This document shows, piece by piece, positions 30,901-39,538 of a stretch of DNA of 64,000 nucleotides (the stretch's first letter is position 1; each line of letters begins with the position of its first letter). The stretch comes from an uncultured Acidobacteriota bacterium. Its GTDB lineage: Bacteria > Acidobacteriota > Thermoanaerobaculia > Gp7-AA8. The notes below the pieces were generated by a model. That model worked only from the letters and a program-made list of their open reading frames with translations. It was not told where the DNA came from and searched no databases. Location of the stretch: the NCBI GenBank assembly GCA_963741955.1, contig CAVUKB010000006.1:224001-288000 (forward strand), in the 5' to 3' direction. The translations under genes and the position numbers were made by a program.

Positions 30901-31279
30901 TGCGCGGAAGGAGGCGCTCGCTCCGGGAGTCGAAGAATCGGACGACGTGAAAGCCCTTCGGAAGGCCGCAGCAGCACTCACCACCAGGCTCGGCAAGGTC
31001 GAGCATGAAGTCTGGATCCCGCCGAAGACGAAGGGGATTCTCGCTGAGAAGGACGCGATGTCGAAGATCAGCGGCGCGATGTGGGCGATGTCGTCCTCGT
31101 GGGATCGTCCGACACCGGCGCAGCTCGACTACCTCGCGCGTGCGAGACAGATCCTCGAGAAGGCTCTGAAGGACGTCAACGAGGTGCTGACCAAGGACGT
31201 TCCGCAGTTCCGCGACGAGGTCGGAAAGGCAGGCATCGCGCTTTTCCAGCCGCAGCAACCGATCACCATGCCGCAGTAG
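27941..31279 (+). CDS. Secreted VPS10/BNR(Asp-box) beta-propeller glycosyl hydrolase-like protein
   Basis: Signal peptide, RAIGPATMSGRI, many S/T-x-D-G-G-x-x-W Asp boxes, HPDHHA, GGMQDNGSW, ATHGRS. Confidence 0.88.
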   Translation: MRRLITLLSAVLALTAISAGAQVDSELLAGMKARAIGPATMSGRIAAIEGVDSDSHIVYVGAATGGVWKSVDGGLTWNPIFDDQPVHAIGAIAVYQKSPDIVWVGTGESNVRNSVSVGNGMYRSIDGGKHWTHVGLDKTEHIGRIALDPDDPNVAWAAALGQEWGYNSERGVYKTTDGGKTWRKVLYVDQKTGAFDLAIDPSNPNHLVASMWEFRRWPWFFQSGGPGSGLYVSWDGGESWKRMTVEDGMPKGILGKIGVDFSRSNPNIVYALVEAEKSVLLRSDDGGKSWKTANAKWDIDPRPFYFGDIAVDPKDPNRLYNLWTMVSYSEDGGKNFEVLIPYRKIHPDHHAMWIDPNDPTHIWDGNDGGVAESRDHGKTWRYVSNLPLGQYYHISYDMDRPYHIYGGMQDNGSWKGPEAVWHSGGIRNWDWQEVGFGDGFGTLGLSSDSSIGYAMSQEGYILRWNLKTGERKDIRPAGPPGVDLRFNWNAGIAADPFDPNGFYFGSQFLHHTSDRGETWQIISPDLTTNNHDWQHQDRSGGLTPDASGAENYTTIISIAPSPVQKGVVWVGTDDGRLQITRDGGATWASVEANVKGVPKNTWIPHIQASNSDAGTAWVVFDNHRRSDWTPYVYQTTDFGRSWKSLVTPDIRGYALTLVQDPGDPNLLFLGTEFGLWFSNDGGKAWVPFKAGLPTASVMALAVHPRDEDLIVATHGRSAYIVDDIRPLREVSRTLLSEPLHIFSVPEAQQYRVAQPRGERFAGDGEFRGENKPYGAMITYSLADSTLPYPKEEIERERKEKERQAKLKEPVNENGIPQQILDLPKEPKASQAVAEETKATEPTKQEPGEAKKEEKPKVEVTVTDANGNVIRHFKAPAVQGINRATWDLHRDAFRQPPREENSEEDFRPRTGPEIIPGTYTVTLKYKDHTASQKVVVAADPRFDIAPDVRQAKYDAIMRAGALQETATDAIAALNRAETDVDSVLGVLNARKEALAPGVEESDDVKALRKAAAALTTRLGKVEHEVWIPPKTKGILAEKDAMSKISGAMWAMSSSWDRPTPAQLDYLARARQILEKALKDVNEVLTKDVPQFRDEVGKAGIALFQPQQPITMPQ

Positions 31280-31287
31280 CGGTCACT

Positions 31288-31317
31288 GACGGGCCGGTTC
31301 GCACGGACCGGCCCGTC
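31288..31317 (+). terminator. Strong hairpin after the VPS10 gene (terminator-like, no U tract)
   Basis: GACGGGCCGGT...ACCGGCCCGTC 11-bp stem. Confidence 0.55.
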
Positions 31318-31381
31318 GGGGAGCCGCCTCCAGCTCTCCTTTCGCAACTTCTCCCCGCCGCGGACGTACGATGGTCAATGG

Positions 31382-32494
31382 ATGGCTGGTCTGAGCTCAT
31401 GGAGACGCCTCGCTGAAGAGACCGTGCGGTCGCTGGAGACCCGCTCGGTTACCCGGCTCTATACCGACGAGTGGCCGGAGGCGCGACGTCAGCTCGTCGA
31501 ACGCTACAGCGATGAAATTGCGCGAGAGCCTCGAAGGGTGCGCCGCTCGTTACGAGGCGCGAGTGCAATCCTCCTCGGGCTGGCCGAGCGCCTCGTACCC
31601 CAGCGCCGGATTCTCTTTCTGCTCGCACTCCTGCTCGGGCTCCTCGGCTTTCTCGGCCTGCTGAGCAACATCGACGTGAACCGCCGCACCGTGGTCGTCG
31701 TCTTCGCGATCTTCTTCTGCACCGCGACGATGGTCTTTCTGCTCGGCCTCGAGCTGATCGACAAACTGAGGTATCGCGACGAACTGGAGCTGGCCCGCGA
31801 CCTTCAGGCGAGCCTTCTGCCGAAGGAGCTTCCACGCGTTCCCGGTTACGACCTCGATGCCTACAACCGGATCGCGAATACCGTCGGAGGTGATCTCTAC
31901 GCCTTTGCACATCTGCCGGACGGACGGCTCGCCGTGCTTTTCGGAGACGCCGCCGGGCACGGAATGGCCGCCGGCCTGGTGATGGCCGTGGCACACGCGG
32001 CCTTTCAGACACATCTGGAGATCGATCCGACCGCACAGGGGATGGTCGAAGCGCTGAATCGAATCCTCTGCAGAACCGGCGGATCGCGATCGTTCTTCGC
32101 CGGCGCCTATCTTTTGATCGAGCCGGATGGCCGTTTCGAGGCCGTCGTGGCGGGCAATCCGCCGATTCTTCTGATCACTCCGAGCGGCGAGGTCCGAACG
32201 CGGATCGGCGCGGGGGCGTATCCGCTCGGAATCAAGACGAACGCCCATTGGCGCACCGAGGCGGCGAGGCTCGGCGAGCGCGAGACTCTCCTTCTTTACT
32301 CGGACGGTCTCGCCGAGGCCCGCGATGCAGACGGCCGTGAGCTCGGTTACGGCCGGGTCGACGAAGTGGCGGGGAAGTGCGGCGGCCGTCCAGCGCGCGA
32401 GCTCGTCGCGTCTCTCATCGCCGAATGGCGAAATCACTCCGGAGACCGGATCCCCGAGGACGACATTTCCATCGCCGCCATTCATCGCCTCTAA
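31382..32494 (+). CDS. Membrane PP2C/SpoIIE (RsbU-like) Ser/Thr phosphatase
   Basis: Two TM helices, ELELARDLQASLLP, VGGDLY, GDAAGHG, YSDGLAEA, EDDIS. Confidence 0.92.
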   Translation: MAGLSSWRRLAEETVRSLETRSVTRLYTDEWPEARRQLVERYSDEIAREPRRVRRSLRGASAILLGLAERLVPQRRILFLLALLLGLLGFLGLLSNIDVNRRTVVVVFAIFFCTATMVFLLGLELIDKLRYRDELELARDLQASLLPKELPRVPGYDLDAYNRIANTVGGDLYAFAHLPDGRLAVLFGDAAGHGMAAGLVMAVAHAAFQTHLEIDPTAQGMVEALNRILCRTGGSRSFFAGAYLLIEPDGRFEAVVAGNPPILLITPSGEVRTRIGAGAYPLGIKTNAHWRTEAARLGERETLLLYSDGLAEARDADGRELGYGRVDEVAGKCGGRPARELVASLIAEWRNHSGDRIPEDDISIAAIHRL

Positions 32495-32737
32495 TGAATT
32501 CTTCAGCACTGCAGTGGTCAACCAGCACCGGAAGACCTATACATTTTTCATAGTCCCGGAGTGAAGCAAGACCTCGTAGTGGCCCGATCCCGGAGGTGGA
32601 GACGTGTACCGCATGGCCGGGAAGAGGGGTCTCGCCGAGCCCGGTCCCGCTTTCTGCCGTCCGCCCGCGGCCCCGGACCCGCGTCTCGGGAGCGGTCCGA
32701 TCGAGAGCGTCTCTCGACGCTGCGGAGGTGTGTCCCG

Positions 32738-33376
32738 ATGAAAGTGAGTTTCGGCGAATTTACGTTCGACCGTACGCGGCAGGAACTTCGTCACGGGTCC
32801 GAGCTCGTCCATCTCACTCCGAAAGCAATGGTTCTTCTGGAGATTCTCCTTCAATGGCGGGGCCGGGTGATACGGCAGCAGGAGCTCGTCGATCTCCTCT
32901 GGCCCGACGTCGTGGTCTGCGAAGGGAGCCTGAAGAACCTCGTTTCGATGCTACGCGTCGCGCTCGGCGATCACGATCGGGAGGGACGGTTCATTCGGAA
33001 CATTCACGGCCGCGGGTACTGCTTCAACGAGGCAGAATTGGTGGTGGAGAATCACGGTCGAGCGACGCTTCGCTGCCTCGACCGTATCTTCGTACTCGGC
33101 GACGGCTCGAATCTGGTCGGCCGGGGCTCCGAATGCACGGTGGCGCTGGGCGACGTGAGTGTCTCGAGACGGCATGCGATCATCGAAGTGAATGGCGACT
33201 CCGCCGTTCTGGAAGATCTCGGCAGCACCAACGGCACACTCCTCGACGGCGTCCGGGTGGAGGAGCGCAAGCTGCTGGCCATGACGCACGTGATTCGCTT
33301 CGGCTCCGTCGTGGCCGCATTCCGGCTCGGCGTGGCGGCCGAGGACGAGATCATGGTCACCCCGCGCTCACCGTGA
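32738..33376 (+). CDS. OmpR/PhoB-type winged-helix plus FHA domain regulator
   Basis: FGEFTFD..LTPKAMVLL..LWPD..LRVALGD..IRNIHGRGY; FHA motifs VGR, SVSRRHA, DLGSTNGT. RBS GGAGGT. Confidence 0.9.
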   Translation: MKVSFGEFTFDRTRQELRHGSELVHLTPKAMVLLEILLQWRGRVIRQQELVDLLWPDVVVCEGSLKNLVSMLRVALGDHDREGRFIRNIHGRGYCFNEAELVVENHGRATLRCLDRIFVLGDGSNLVGRGSECTVALGDVSVSRRHAIIEVNGDSAVLEDLGSTNGTLLDGVRVEERKLLAMTHVIRFGSVVAAFRLGVAAEDEIMVTPRSP

Positions 33377-33398
33377 TCACTCCTCCCTTCGGCCTCTC

Positions 33399-33986
33399 TC
33401 AGTCGTCGCGACTGGTCGAAGCCTCCCATACCTTCCGCCGCGCCTCCTGCGACCGGACGCCAGGCAACGGCTGGGCAATTCTCGAACAGTGATGTTTCTG
33501 GTTCGACACCTCCCGCAGTGTATTCATCATGTCCATGGTGAACGCGGGAGTGGAGATCACGTCCGCCAGATGGGCGCACGTCTGCTCGCGGTCGAATCTC
33601 ATCTCGAGGAATGGTTGCAGAGCCTCCGGAAGCGAGCTTCGGATGTCCTCGAGATGCTGCCTCTCGTGCAGCAGGAACCGCACGTGGACGAGATGGATCA
33701 CCACGCGCAGTTCCGCATGGATGGACAGTTTCCATTGCGAGCCGTCGCGCCGGCAGCGGCAATGGAACCGTTGCAGCACAAAGTCGCTGCAGGCGTACAC
33801 CGCATGCCTGGTGTGGCATGGCGCGGTTGCGACGGGAAGATCGTGGAATCGAATCGTTTCGCTCGACTCGATCTGCAAGGGCTGAATGCCGGCCGCTGCA
33901 CCAGCCGAGCGATCGGCTGCCATGACTCCGGCAGCCAGGACGAACACCTGCGCGATCCACAGAAGCGCCGACCTGAACACGAGCAT
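33399..33986 (-). CDS. Secreted Cys-rich hypothetical protein with HExxH (DUF922-like predicted zinc protease)
   Basis: Hydrophobic N-terminus, LLHERQHLED, 6 Cys. Confidence 0.5.
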   Translation of the reverse strand: MLVFRSALLWIAQVFVLAAGVMAADRSAGAAAGIQPLQIESSETIRFHDLPVATAPCHTRHAVYACSDFVLQRFHCRCRRDGSQWKLSIHAELRVVIHLVHVRFLLHERQHLEDIRSSLPEALQPFLEMRFDREQTCAHLADVISTPAFTMDMMNTLREVSNQKHHCSRIAQPLPGVRSQEARRKVWEASTSRDD

Positions 33987-34127
33987 GAGCTGCCTCCCGT
34001 GTCACGGTCGGGGGGGATCCCCTGTCCAATCGGCCCGTCCGTCTTCCTGGTCTGTATCTCAGACCTGGACGCGAATATCGGTCGCCGGAGCGAGCGAAGG
34101 TTCATGGAAAAGCAAAGGAATAGCACT

Positions 34128-34308
34128 AGCCCGCATTTCTCACACCGTCTCGTCGCGAGGAGGCGGAGAGTAGCCTGGATGCAAGGCGCGCGCAGCTTCG
34201 GCGACGAAGGCATAGTGGTGACTATGTTGAGGAGCCGAAGCTGTGCGCAACGTAGCAGACAGGCCGCTATCCGTCTCCGCAGCAGAGACGATGTGAGAAA
34301 TGCGGGCT
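34128..34308 (+). mobile_element. 181-bp long-hairpin dispersed element, family A (MITE/ERIC-like), full copy
   Basis: 17-bp terminal inverted repeats AGCCCGCATTTCTCACA / TGTGAGAAATGCGGGCT; near-identical copy at 39041-39221. Confidence 0.85.
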
Positions 34309-34333
34309 GGATTGGTCACGCGGACCCGGCATG

Positions 34334-34455
34334 GAATCCCTTGCATCCGGCCGGATCACTCACGGGATTTCTGCTGCGGGGCGCGATGCGGAGGCATTGT
34401 TGACGACGAGCGACGCCGGGATCGCGCCGCGCCCGCAACCGGATGCAAGGGATTC
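34334..34455. repeat. 17-bp perfect inverted repeat enclosing a reversed family B right arm
   Basis: GAATCCCTTGCATCCGG (34334-34350) / CCGGATGCAAGGGATTC (34439-34455); the interior from about 34353 matches the reverse complement of 56914-56963. Confidence 0.7.
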
Positions 34456-34506
34456 ATGAAACACTGCATTAGAATGGCGAGCATTCGAGTCCGAGGTTCT
34501 GAACCC

Positions 34507-36435
34507 ATGAGAATGTCTTTTCGTCTCCGTCTCGCGTGTCTCGTCTTTCTCACGCTTGGTCTCGCATCAGCGGCTGCTGCTCGCGAGATGCACTGGAAGT
34601 CGCTCGACGTCGATACCTATCTCGATCGCGACGGCCGTCTCCGCACCACCGAGCGACAGACCATCGTCTTCACCGGCGACTGGAACGGCGGTGAGAGGAT
34701 CTTCAACATCCGCGCCGGGCAGAAGCTCCGCTTCGTCGGAATGAATCGCATCGACCCGGTGACGCACGAAGTGCACCGGATGACCGAAGGCGATCTCGGA
34801 ACGGTGGATCACTACCAGTTCGTGAAGTCGAACACGTTGCGCTGGCGCTCACGCAACCCTTCGGATCCTCCCTTCGACGGAACGGTGATCGAGTACCAGC
34901 TGATGTACGAGCTGTCGAACGTGCTGCAGAACCGGGTACGTGATGCGCTCTCGGGGAAGAACGATCGGTACACTCTCGATCTCGATTTCGTCTTTCCCGA
35001 CCGGAACGGTGTCATCGAGAGCTTTTCCCTCGTCTTCAACGCGGATCCGGTCTGGAGAACCGAGCACCAGCTCCCGTTGCGCGTTCATACCGGTGCAATC
35101 GCACCGGGTGGCGATTACGTCGTCACCATCCCGTTCATCTACGTCGGGAGGGGGACTCCCGTCGGCGTGTTCCACCAGAATGTCGAGGGGAGGTTCGCGC
35201 TGGTCGCGGCGCTTCTGGTTGGCGTGGTGGTTCTCCTGCTGGTCTTTCTCGCATCCGAGCGCCGGATCGGACGGCTCCGGCCGCTCGAGCCGGGAGCTGC
35301 GATGAGCGAACAGTGGCTCGAGCAGAACGTGTTCCGCTATCCGCCGGAGGTGGTCGGTGCGGTGTGGGACGAGAGCATTGGAGCGCCGGAGGTGGCGGCG
35401 GTCCTCGCACGGATGGTTTCCGAGGAAAAGATCTCCACACGCGTCGACCCGGCATCGGGAGTCTTCTCCTCTCCCGAGCTGCACATGACGCTTCTCGTGC
35501 CGCGAGCGTCTCTCAGCGGCTACGAGCTCGAGCTGGTCGACGGATTGTTCGTGGCCGGCGACGAGACCAGTACGTCCACGATCAAGGAGCACTACAAGTC
35601 GACCGGGTTCGATCCGTCGAAGAAGATCTCGCCCCGTCTGACGGATCGCATGAGGGAGGTCCTCGGACCGGAGGCAAAGATCCGCTTCCGTACGCTCCTG
35701 GGCATCGTTCTCTTTCTCGTGGGCGTTCTCCTACTCGCATTTTCGGCGCACTCGGATCCCGGTGCGCGACCGTTCCTGATCATGATTCCCCTCATCGCAC
35801 TGATTGTCGGCCACGGGGTCCTCGCTGCACATTGGCGCTCCCGGATCGACCTCGGGCTCGGTTCTCTCTGGCTGCACCTGATCCCGCAGGGACTTCTGCT
35901 CGCAGCCGCGATCTGGCTGATCCTGTCGCCGCCGTATCCGTTCACACTGGTCGCGCAGGGAGGCTTCGCCTGTCTGGCTCTGATGTTGGTCAACTGGGCG
36001 CTCGTCTCGGCGAGTACTCACGATGCCACCGGAGCCCTGGCGCTCAGAAAACGGCTCGCCGCGGCGCGCAGATTTTTCGAACGGGAGCTGAATAGTGCGA
36101 CGCCGCGACTGAAAGACGCCTGGTTTCCTTACGTCGTCGCGTTCGGTCTGGCGAAGGAAGTCGACCGATGGACCCGAGCGTTCGGCGCGGCGGCCGGGAC
36201 GGCGATGATGCCGATCCTCGGTGGATCCGCCTCATCGTTCTCGTCTTCTTCGTCCTCGTCCTCGTCCGGCGGACCTTCGGTCTGGACTGGAGGCGGAAGC
36301 TCGTTCGGCGGAGCGGGAGCGAGCGCCAGCTGGGCGGCCGCTGCGGGAGGGATCACCGCAGGTGTCTCTTCGCCTTCGAGCTCGAGTGGTGGCGGTGGCG
36401 GGAGCTCAGGCGGAGGAGGTGGCGGCGGCTGGTGA
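34507..36435 (+). CDS. DUF2207 family membrane protein
   Basis: Signal peptide, DGRLRTTE, several TM helices, PYVVAFGL..W, Gly/Ser tail ending GGGGGGW. Confidence 0.85.
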   Translation: MRMSFRLRLACLVFLTLGLASAAAAREMHWKSLDVDTYLDRDGRLRTTERQTIVFTGDWNGGERIFNIRAGQKLRFVGMNRIDPVTHEVHRMTEGDLGTVDHYQFVKSNTLRWRSRNPSDPPFDGTVIEYQLMYELSNVLQNRVRDALSGKNDRYTLDLDFVFPDRNGVIESFSLVFNADPVWRTEHQLPLRVHTGAIAPGGDYVVTIPFIYVGRGTPVGVFHQNVEGRFALVAALLVGVVVLLLVFLASERRIGRLRPLEPGAAMSEQWLEQNVFRYPPEVVGAVWDESIGAPEVAAVLARMVSEEKISTRVDPASGVFSSPELHMTLLVPRASLSGYELELVDGLFVAGDETSTSTIKEHYKSTGFDPSKKISPRLTDRMREVLGPEAKIRFRTLLGIVLFLVGVLLLAFSAHSDPGARPFLIMIPLIALIVGHGVLAAHWRSRIDLGLGSLWLHLIPQGLLLAAAIWLILSPPYPFTLVAQGGFACLALMLVNWALVSASTHDATGALALRKRLAAARRFFERELNSATPRLKDAWFPYVVAFGLAKEVDRWTRAFGAAAGTAMMPILGGSASSFSSSSSSSSSGGPSVWTGGGSSFGGAGASASWAAAAGGITAGVSSPSSSSGGGGGSSGGGGGGGW

Positions 36436-36482
36436 GACGTCGCGGAGATCGAGGAGATGAAGTGCGTCGGATTCGACGCCGA

Positions 36483-36878
36483 TCATGAATTCTCTCCCCG
36501 ACGAAGAGGTTCGCGAATTCCGGAGAGGCACGCCGCGACCACGAGGGCGTACGTGACGTTCAGAATGACGCCCGATAATCTGGGCGCGCCGTAAAGCACC
36601 CAACCATTCACGAGACCGTCGGCGACGAACAAGACGAGGGCTGCCAGGCCGAGCAGACGTGCGCGCCGCCAGGCGAGGAGGAGTGCGATTCCGGACATGG
36701 CGAGGACGAGCGAGACCAGCAACAACCCCCCTGAAACGAGACGCAGCGCGGCGGGAGATGCGGTGAATTCGGAGACGGCACCGGATGTCATTCGAAGGAG
36801 AACGATCCCGCCGATTCCGCGCGCGATCGCGAGGAGAAAGAGGAGGATGCCCGCGGTCATCTTCGCCGGACTCCGCAT
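36483..36878 (-). CDS. Hypothetical 4-TM membrane protein
   Basis: Four hydrophobic segments; RBS GAGGAGGAG. Confidence 0.65.
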   Translation of the reverse strand: MRSPAKMTAGILLFLLAIARGIGGIVLLRMTSGAVSEFTASPAALRLVSGGLLLVSLVLAMSGIALLLAWRRARLLGLAALVLFVADGLVNGWVLYGAPRLSGVILNVTYALVVAACLSGIREPLRRGENS

Positions 36879-36929
36879 GATCGAAATCTCCTCCTCGACC
36901 CTCGCGATCCCGTTGAATTCATCGCTTTT

Positions 36930-37616
36930 TCATATTGCCGGTGACGCATCCATCGCGTCGCGACGAGTCCCCGCAAGCTCGCGGTGCGCGTCGATCCAGT
37001 AGCCCCAGGCGACGATCAGCCACTGCGCCTCTCCCAAAATGGCGATCGCCTTCACGCTCGGAGGTGGTGGTCCGACGAGGTTCGAGGCGTATATCGCGAC
37101 GAGCAGGACGATCAGAGACCAGAGGGCGATCGATCCCGTTCTATCCTTCGCGCGGGTGCGATGAAGGTAGAGAGCCACACCTGCAGCGAAGATGGCTCCT
37201 TCGACGATGACCGTTCCGGAAACCGAATTCCACAGGCCGAGCCCGACTTTCGGTCCTGAGGGATAGATCGGAAGGTCGGGGCGGTGGGTCAGGAAATCGA
37301 GTACCCAGTGGCTCAGCACGGCCAGCCCGGCGACGATCGCTCCGGGCTGGTAGTTCCGGAGGAGTCGATACACGATCGCGAAGAGCACCCCCCATCCGAT
37401 TGCCGCTGCGAGGCTGTGAGAGATGGGATACGAGGTGAAGTCGAGCGGAGTGACCGCGGTGTCGCCCGGAGCGATTCGGACGCTCTCCACACCGAGGAGA
37501 AGTAACGTCGGCCAGAGGAGGTCGAGAAACTGTGCAGCGAGAAAAAGTGTCCCTAAGGACGTCCTGGGGGCGGCTTCCTTGGAGGCGAAGCCAACTCCGA
37601 AATGCCCGATGAACAC
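36930..37616 (-). CDS. Membrane-bound metal-dependent hydrolase (YdjM-like)
   Basis: (M)FIGH, LDLLWP, YPISHSL, SHWVLDFLTHRPDLP, GLGLWNS. GTG start after GGAGGAGG. Confidence 0.85.
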   Translation of the reverse strand: MFIGHFGVGFASKEAAPRTSLGTLFLAAQFLDLLWPTLLLLGVESVRIAPGDTAVTPLDFTSYPISHSLAAAIGWGVLFAIVYRLLRNYQPGAIVAGLAVLSHWVLDFLTHRPDLPIYPSGPKVGLGLWNSVSGTVIVEGAIFAAGVALYLHRTRAKDRTGSIALWSLIVLLVAIYASNLVGPPPPSVKAIAILGEAQWLIVAWGYWIDAHRELAGTRRDAMDASPAI

Positions 37617-37875
37617 ACGACCCTCCTCCCCACGATTGTAACTCCCGGGGTGAGGAGCGTGCGCGGCAAGCGTTTCCGTCGCAGCCTTCGAAAGGGCATT
37701 TGCATGTCGCGCAAGACGGTACGCCGATTGCACTCTGATCCGCCGGGCGGCCACAGCCGCGACACTGCAGATCGGGACCACCCACCCCCCTGCCCTGCCG
37801 CGTGGCTGCCGTGCAGTGAAGCCTCGAGCCGGACCCGCGATGGGTGGCGGTCAGGCTGGGCAATCACTGATCGGT

Positions 37876-38496
37876 TCAACTTCTCCGGGGGACGGCCCTT
37901 CTGTTTCTCCGTTTCTTCGGCCGCGACCGCACTGGCGCTTCGGTGCGTGCTTCGGGACCCGGGTCTCGAAGTGCCCACCAGAGTGCGAAGGCGATCGCGA
38001 ACATGCCGACCAGACGATAGAACTGTCGAGCCGCCCCCCAGACCAGTTGTCCACTCGCCCCGTAGTGCACCGCACTCCACGGGCCGAGCTGCGTCGCGTA
38101 CAGCGCCTCCACCTCGATCACCGTCGCCGCGACGTGAGTGACGAACAGAATCGCCGACGAGAGCAGAAATCCGCCGACATTCCGGCTGCTCAGCGGCCGC
38201 GGCCCGATGGCGAACAGCATGAGCAGGAGAATGAAATTGAACGTCAGGTCGCGGACCGCGATCGCAGGACGCGCCGACCGCGGAGGAAAGTCGCTTCTCT
38301 CGATGGTGATTCGATCGTCTTCCGCCTGGTGAAGCCGCGTCACCGACGGGCTCTCGATCAGCCGGAGCACCGGCTCCGCGGATGCCGCGACGATCCGGTC
38401 CCAGGTCGGACTCAGCGCCACCCAGATCGCGAGTCCAGCCACGAACCCGGCGAGGAGCCTAAGGGCGAGCTTCGCGCGGTCCGGCAAACCTGACAC
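37876..38496 (-). CDS. Exosortase H-associated membrane protein
   Basis: Multi-TM protein overlapping the end of the exosortase gene, with a basic C-terminal tail. Confidence 0.6.
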   Translation of the reverse strand: MSGLPDRAKLALRLLAGFVAGLAIWVALSPTWDRIVAASAEPVLRLIESPSVTRLHQAEDDRITIERSDFPPRSARPAIAVRDLTFNFILLLMLFAIGPRPLSSRNVGGFLLSSAILFVTHVAATVIEVEALYATQLGPWSAVHYGASGQLVWGAARQFYRLVGMFAIAFALWWALRDPGPEARTEAPVRSRPKKRRNRRAVPRRS

Positions 38497-38959
38497 TCCA
38501 GAAGAGGAAAATTGCGATGCTCACCGCGATGATCAGAACCTGCCACACACCGGTGTGAAACATCTGGAAATGCTGCGGGTCGTAACGTCCCAGAAGGTAG
38601 AGCGACACGATCCGGACGATGTTGATCGCCTGAAGAGCGACCGCCCCGATCAGGACCCCGAGTACCCGCGCACGGATCGAAGCAGCGGGAAACGCTCCGA
38701 TCGCCGCGATGAGGATCAGCATCGCTTCGACCCCGTTGCAGCCGTTGTGAATGTCCACCGCGAACCGGGTCGATCCGATCACCGTGCCGGTGATGGTGAC
38801 ATCCTGTCCGATCCAGCGCAGCGCATGCCCGGAAACTTCTGCGACGCCGTGCGTGAATGGAACGATCACTCGATCGTTCACCGGACGGAGCGTAATGATC
38901 ACGTAACCGATCACGAGCACTCCGAAAAACGTGAGGAGAAACCGGGTATTCTTCTTCAT
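38459..38959 (-). CDS. xrtH: Exosortase H
   Basis: Single-domain exosortase with catalytic Cys (NGCNGVEA), Arg (NIVRI) and His (FHTGVWQ). Confidence 0.85.
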   Translation of the reverse strand: MKKNTRFLLTFFGVLVIGYVIITLRPVNDRVIVPFTHGVAEVSGHALRWIGQDVTITGTVIGSTRFAVDIHNGCNGVEAMLILIAAIGAFPAASIRARVLGVLIGAVALQAINIVRIVSLYLLGRYDPQHFQMFHTGVWQVLIIAVSIAIFLFWSVRFAGPREARP

Positions 38960-39040
38960 CCGTCCGCCGTCGATCCTGTCACCGGAAGACTATGGTAAGC
39001 GATTACGTTCCGGAAACCTTCCCGCGACGGAATGCGAGCT

Positions 39041-39221
39041 TGCCCGCAATTCTCACACCGTCTCGACGCGAGGAGGCGGAGAGCGGCTTGGATGCAAGGC
39101 GCGCGCAGCTTCGGCGACGAAGGCATAGTGGCGACTATGTTGAGGAGCCGAAGATGTGCGCAACGTAGTAGACAGGCCGCTATCCGTCTCCGCAGCAGAG
39201 ACGATGTGAGAAGTGCGGGCT
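39041..39221 (+). mobile_element. Family A long-hairpin element, second full copy
   Basis: Same 181-bp length and near-identical sequence to 34128-34308. Confidence 0.85.
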
Positions 39222-39248
39222 TGTTCGATCTGGCGTAGACTTTCACCC

Positions 39249-39512
39249 GTGCTCGATGCGCTCCTACTGATGCTTCAATCCGCTCCCGCGCCGCAGGACT
39301 TCGATCGGATGATGCTGACCGTGGCGATCGTCGGAGTGGTCTCGTTCGCCATTTCCGGAGGGATTCTGGTTCTTTTCTGGAGGAGCCTGCAGAAGAATCC
39401 CGATGAGACGAGAAGCTCGACCCGAGGAGTTTCGATCGTTCTGCTGGTCGCGCTCATCGTGGTGCTCGCTGCGATCGGCATCTACTTCATGCACCTCGGC
39501 CTTCAGCCGTGA
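39249..39512 (+). CDS. Small 2-TM hypothetical protein
   Basis: Two clear hydrophobic helices separated by a polar loop; start uncertain. Confidence 0.55.
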   Translation: MLDALLLMLQSAPAPQDFDRMMLTVAIVGVVSFAISGGILVLFWRSLQKNPDETRSSTRGVSIVLLVALIVVLAAIGIYFMHLGLQP

Positions 39513-39538
39513 GGCGGCGCGAAAAGAGAGGCAGGCGC

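Noticed and set aside
34128-34308. tRNA, riboswitch or 23S rRNA fragment
   Set aside because: No cloverleaf or aptamer consensus; the similarity to 23S is limited to the K-turn words, and the element is multi-copy with terminal inverted repeats.
36230-36435. Ser/Gly low-complexity repeat
   Set aside because: This is the normal C-terminal tail of DUF2207 proteins.
37700-37730. Further sigma-54-like motifs here and at 41765-41785
   Set aside because: GG-to-GC spacing is off by one base.
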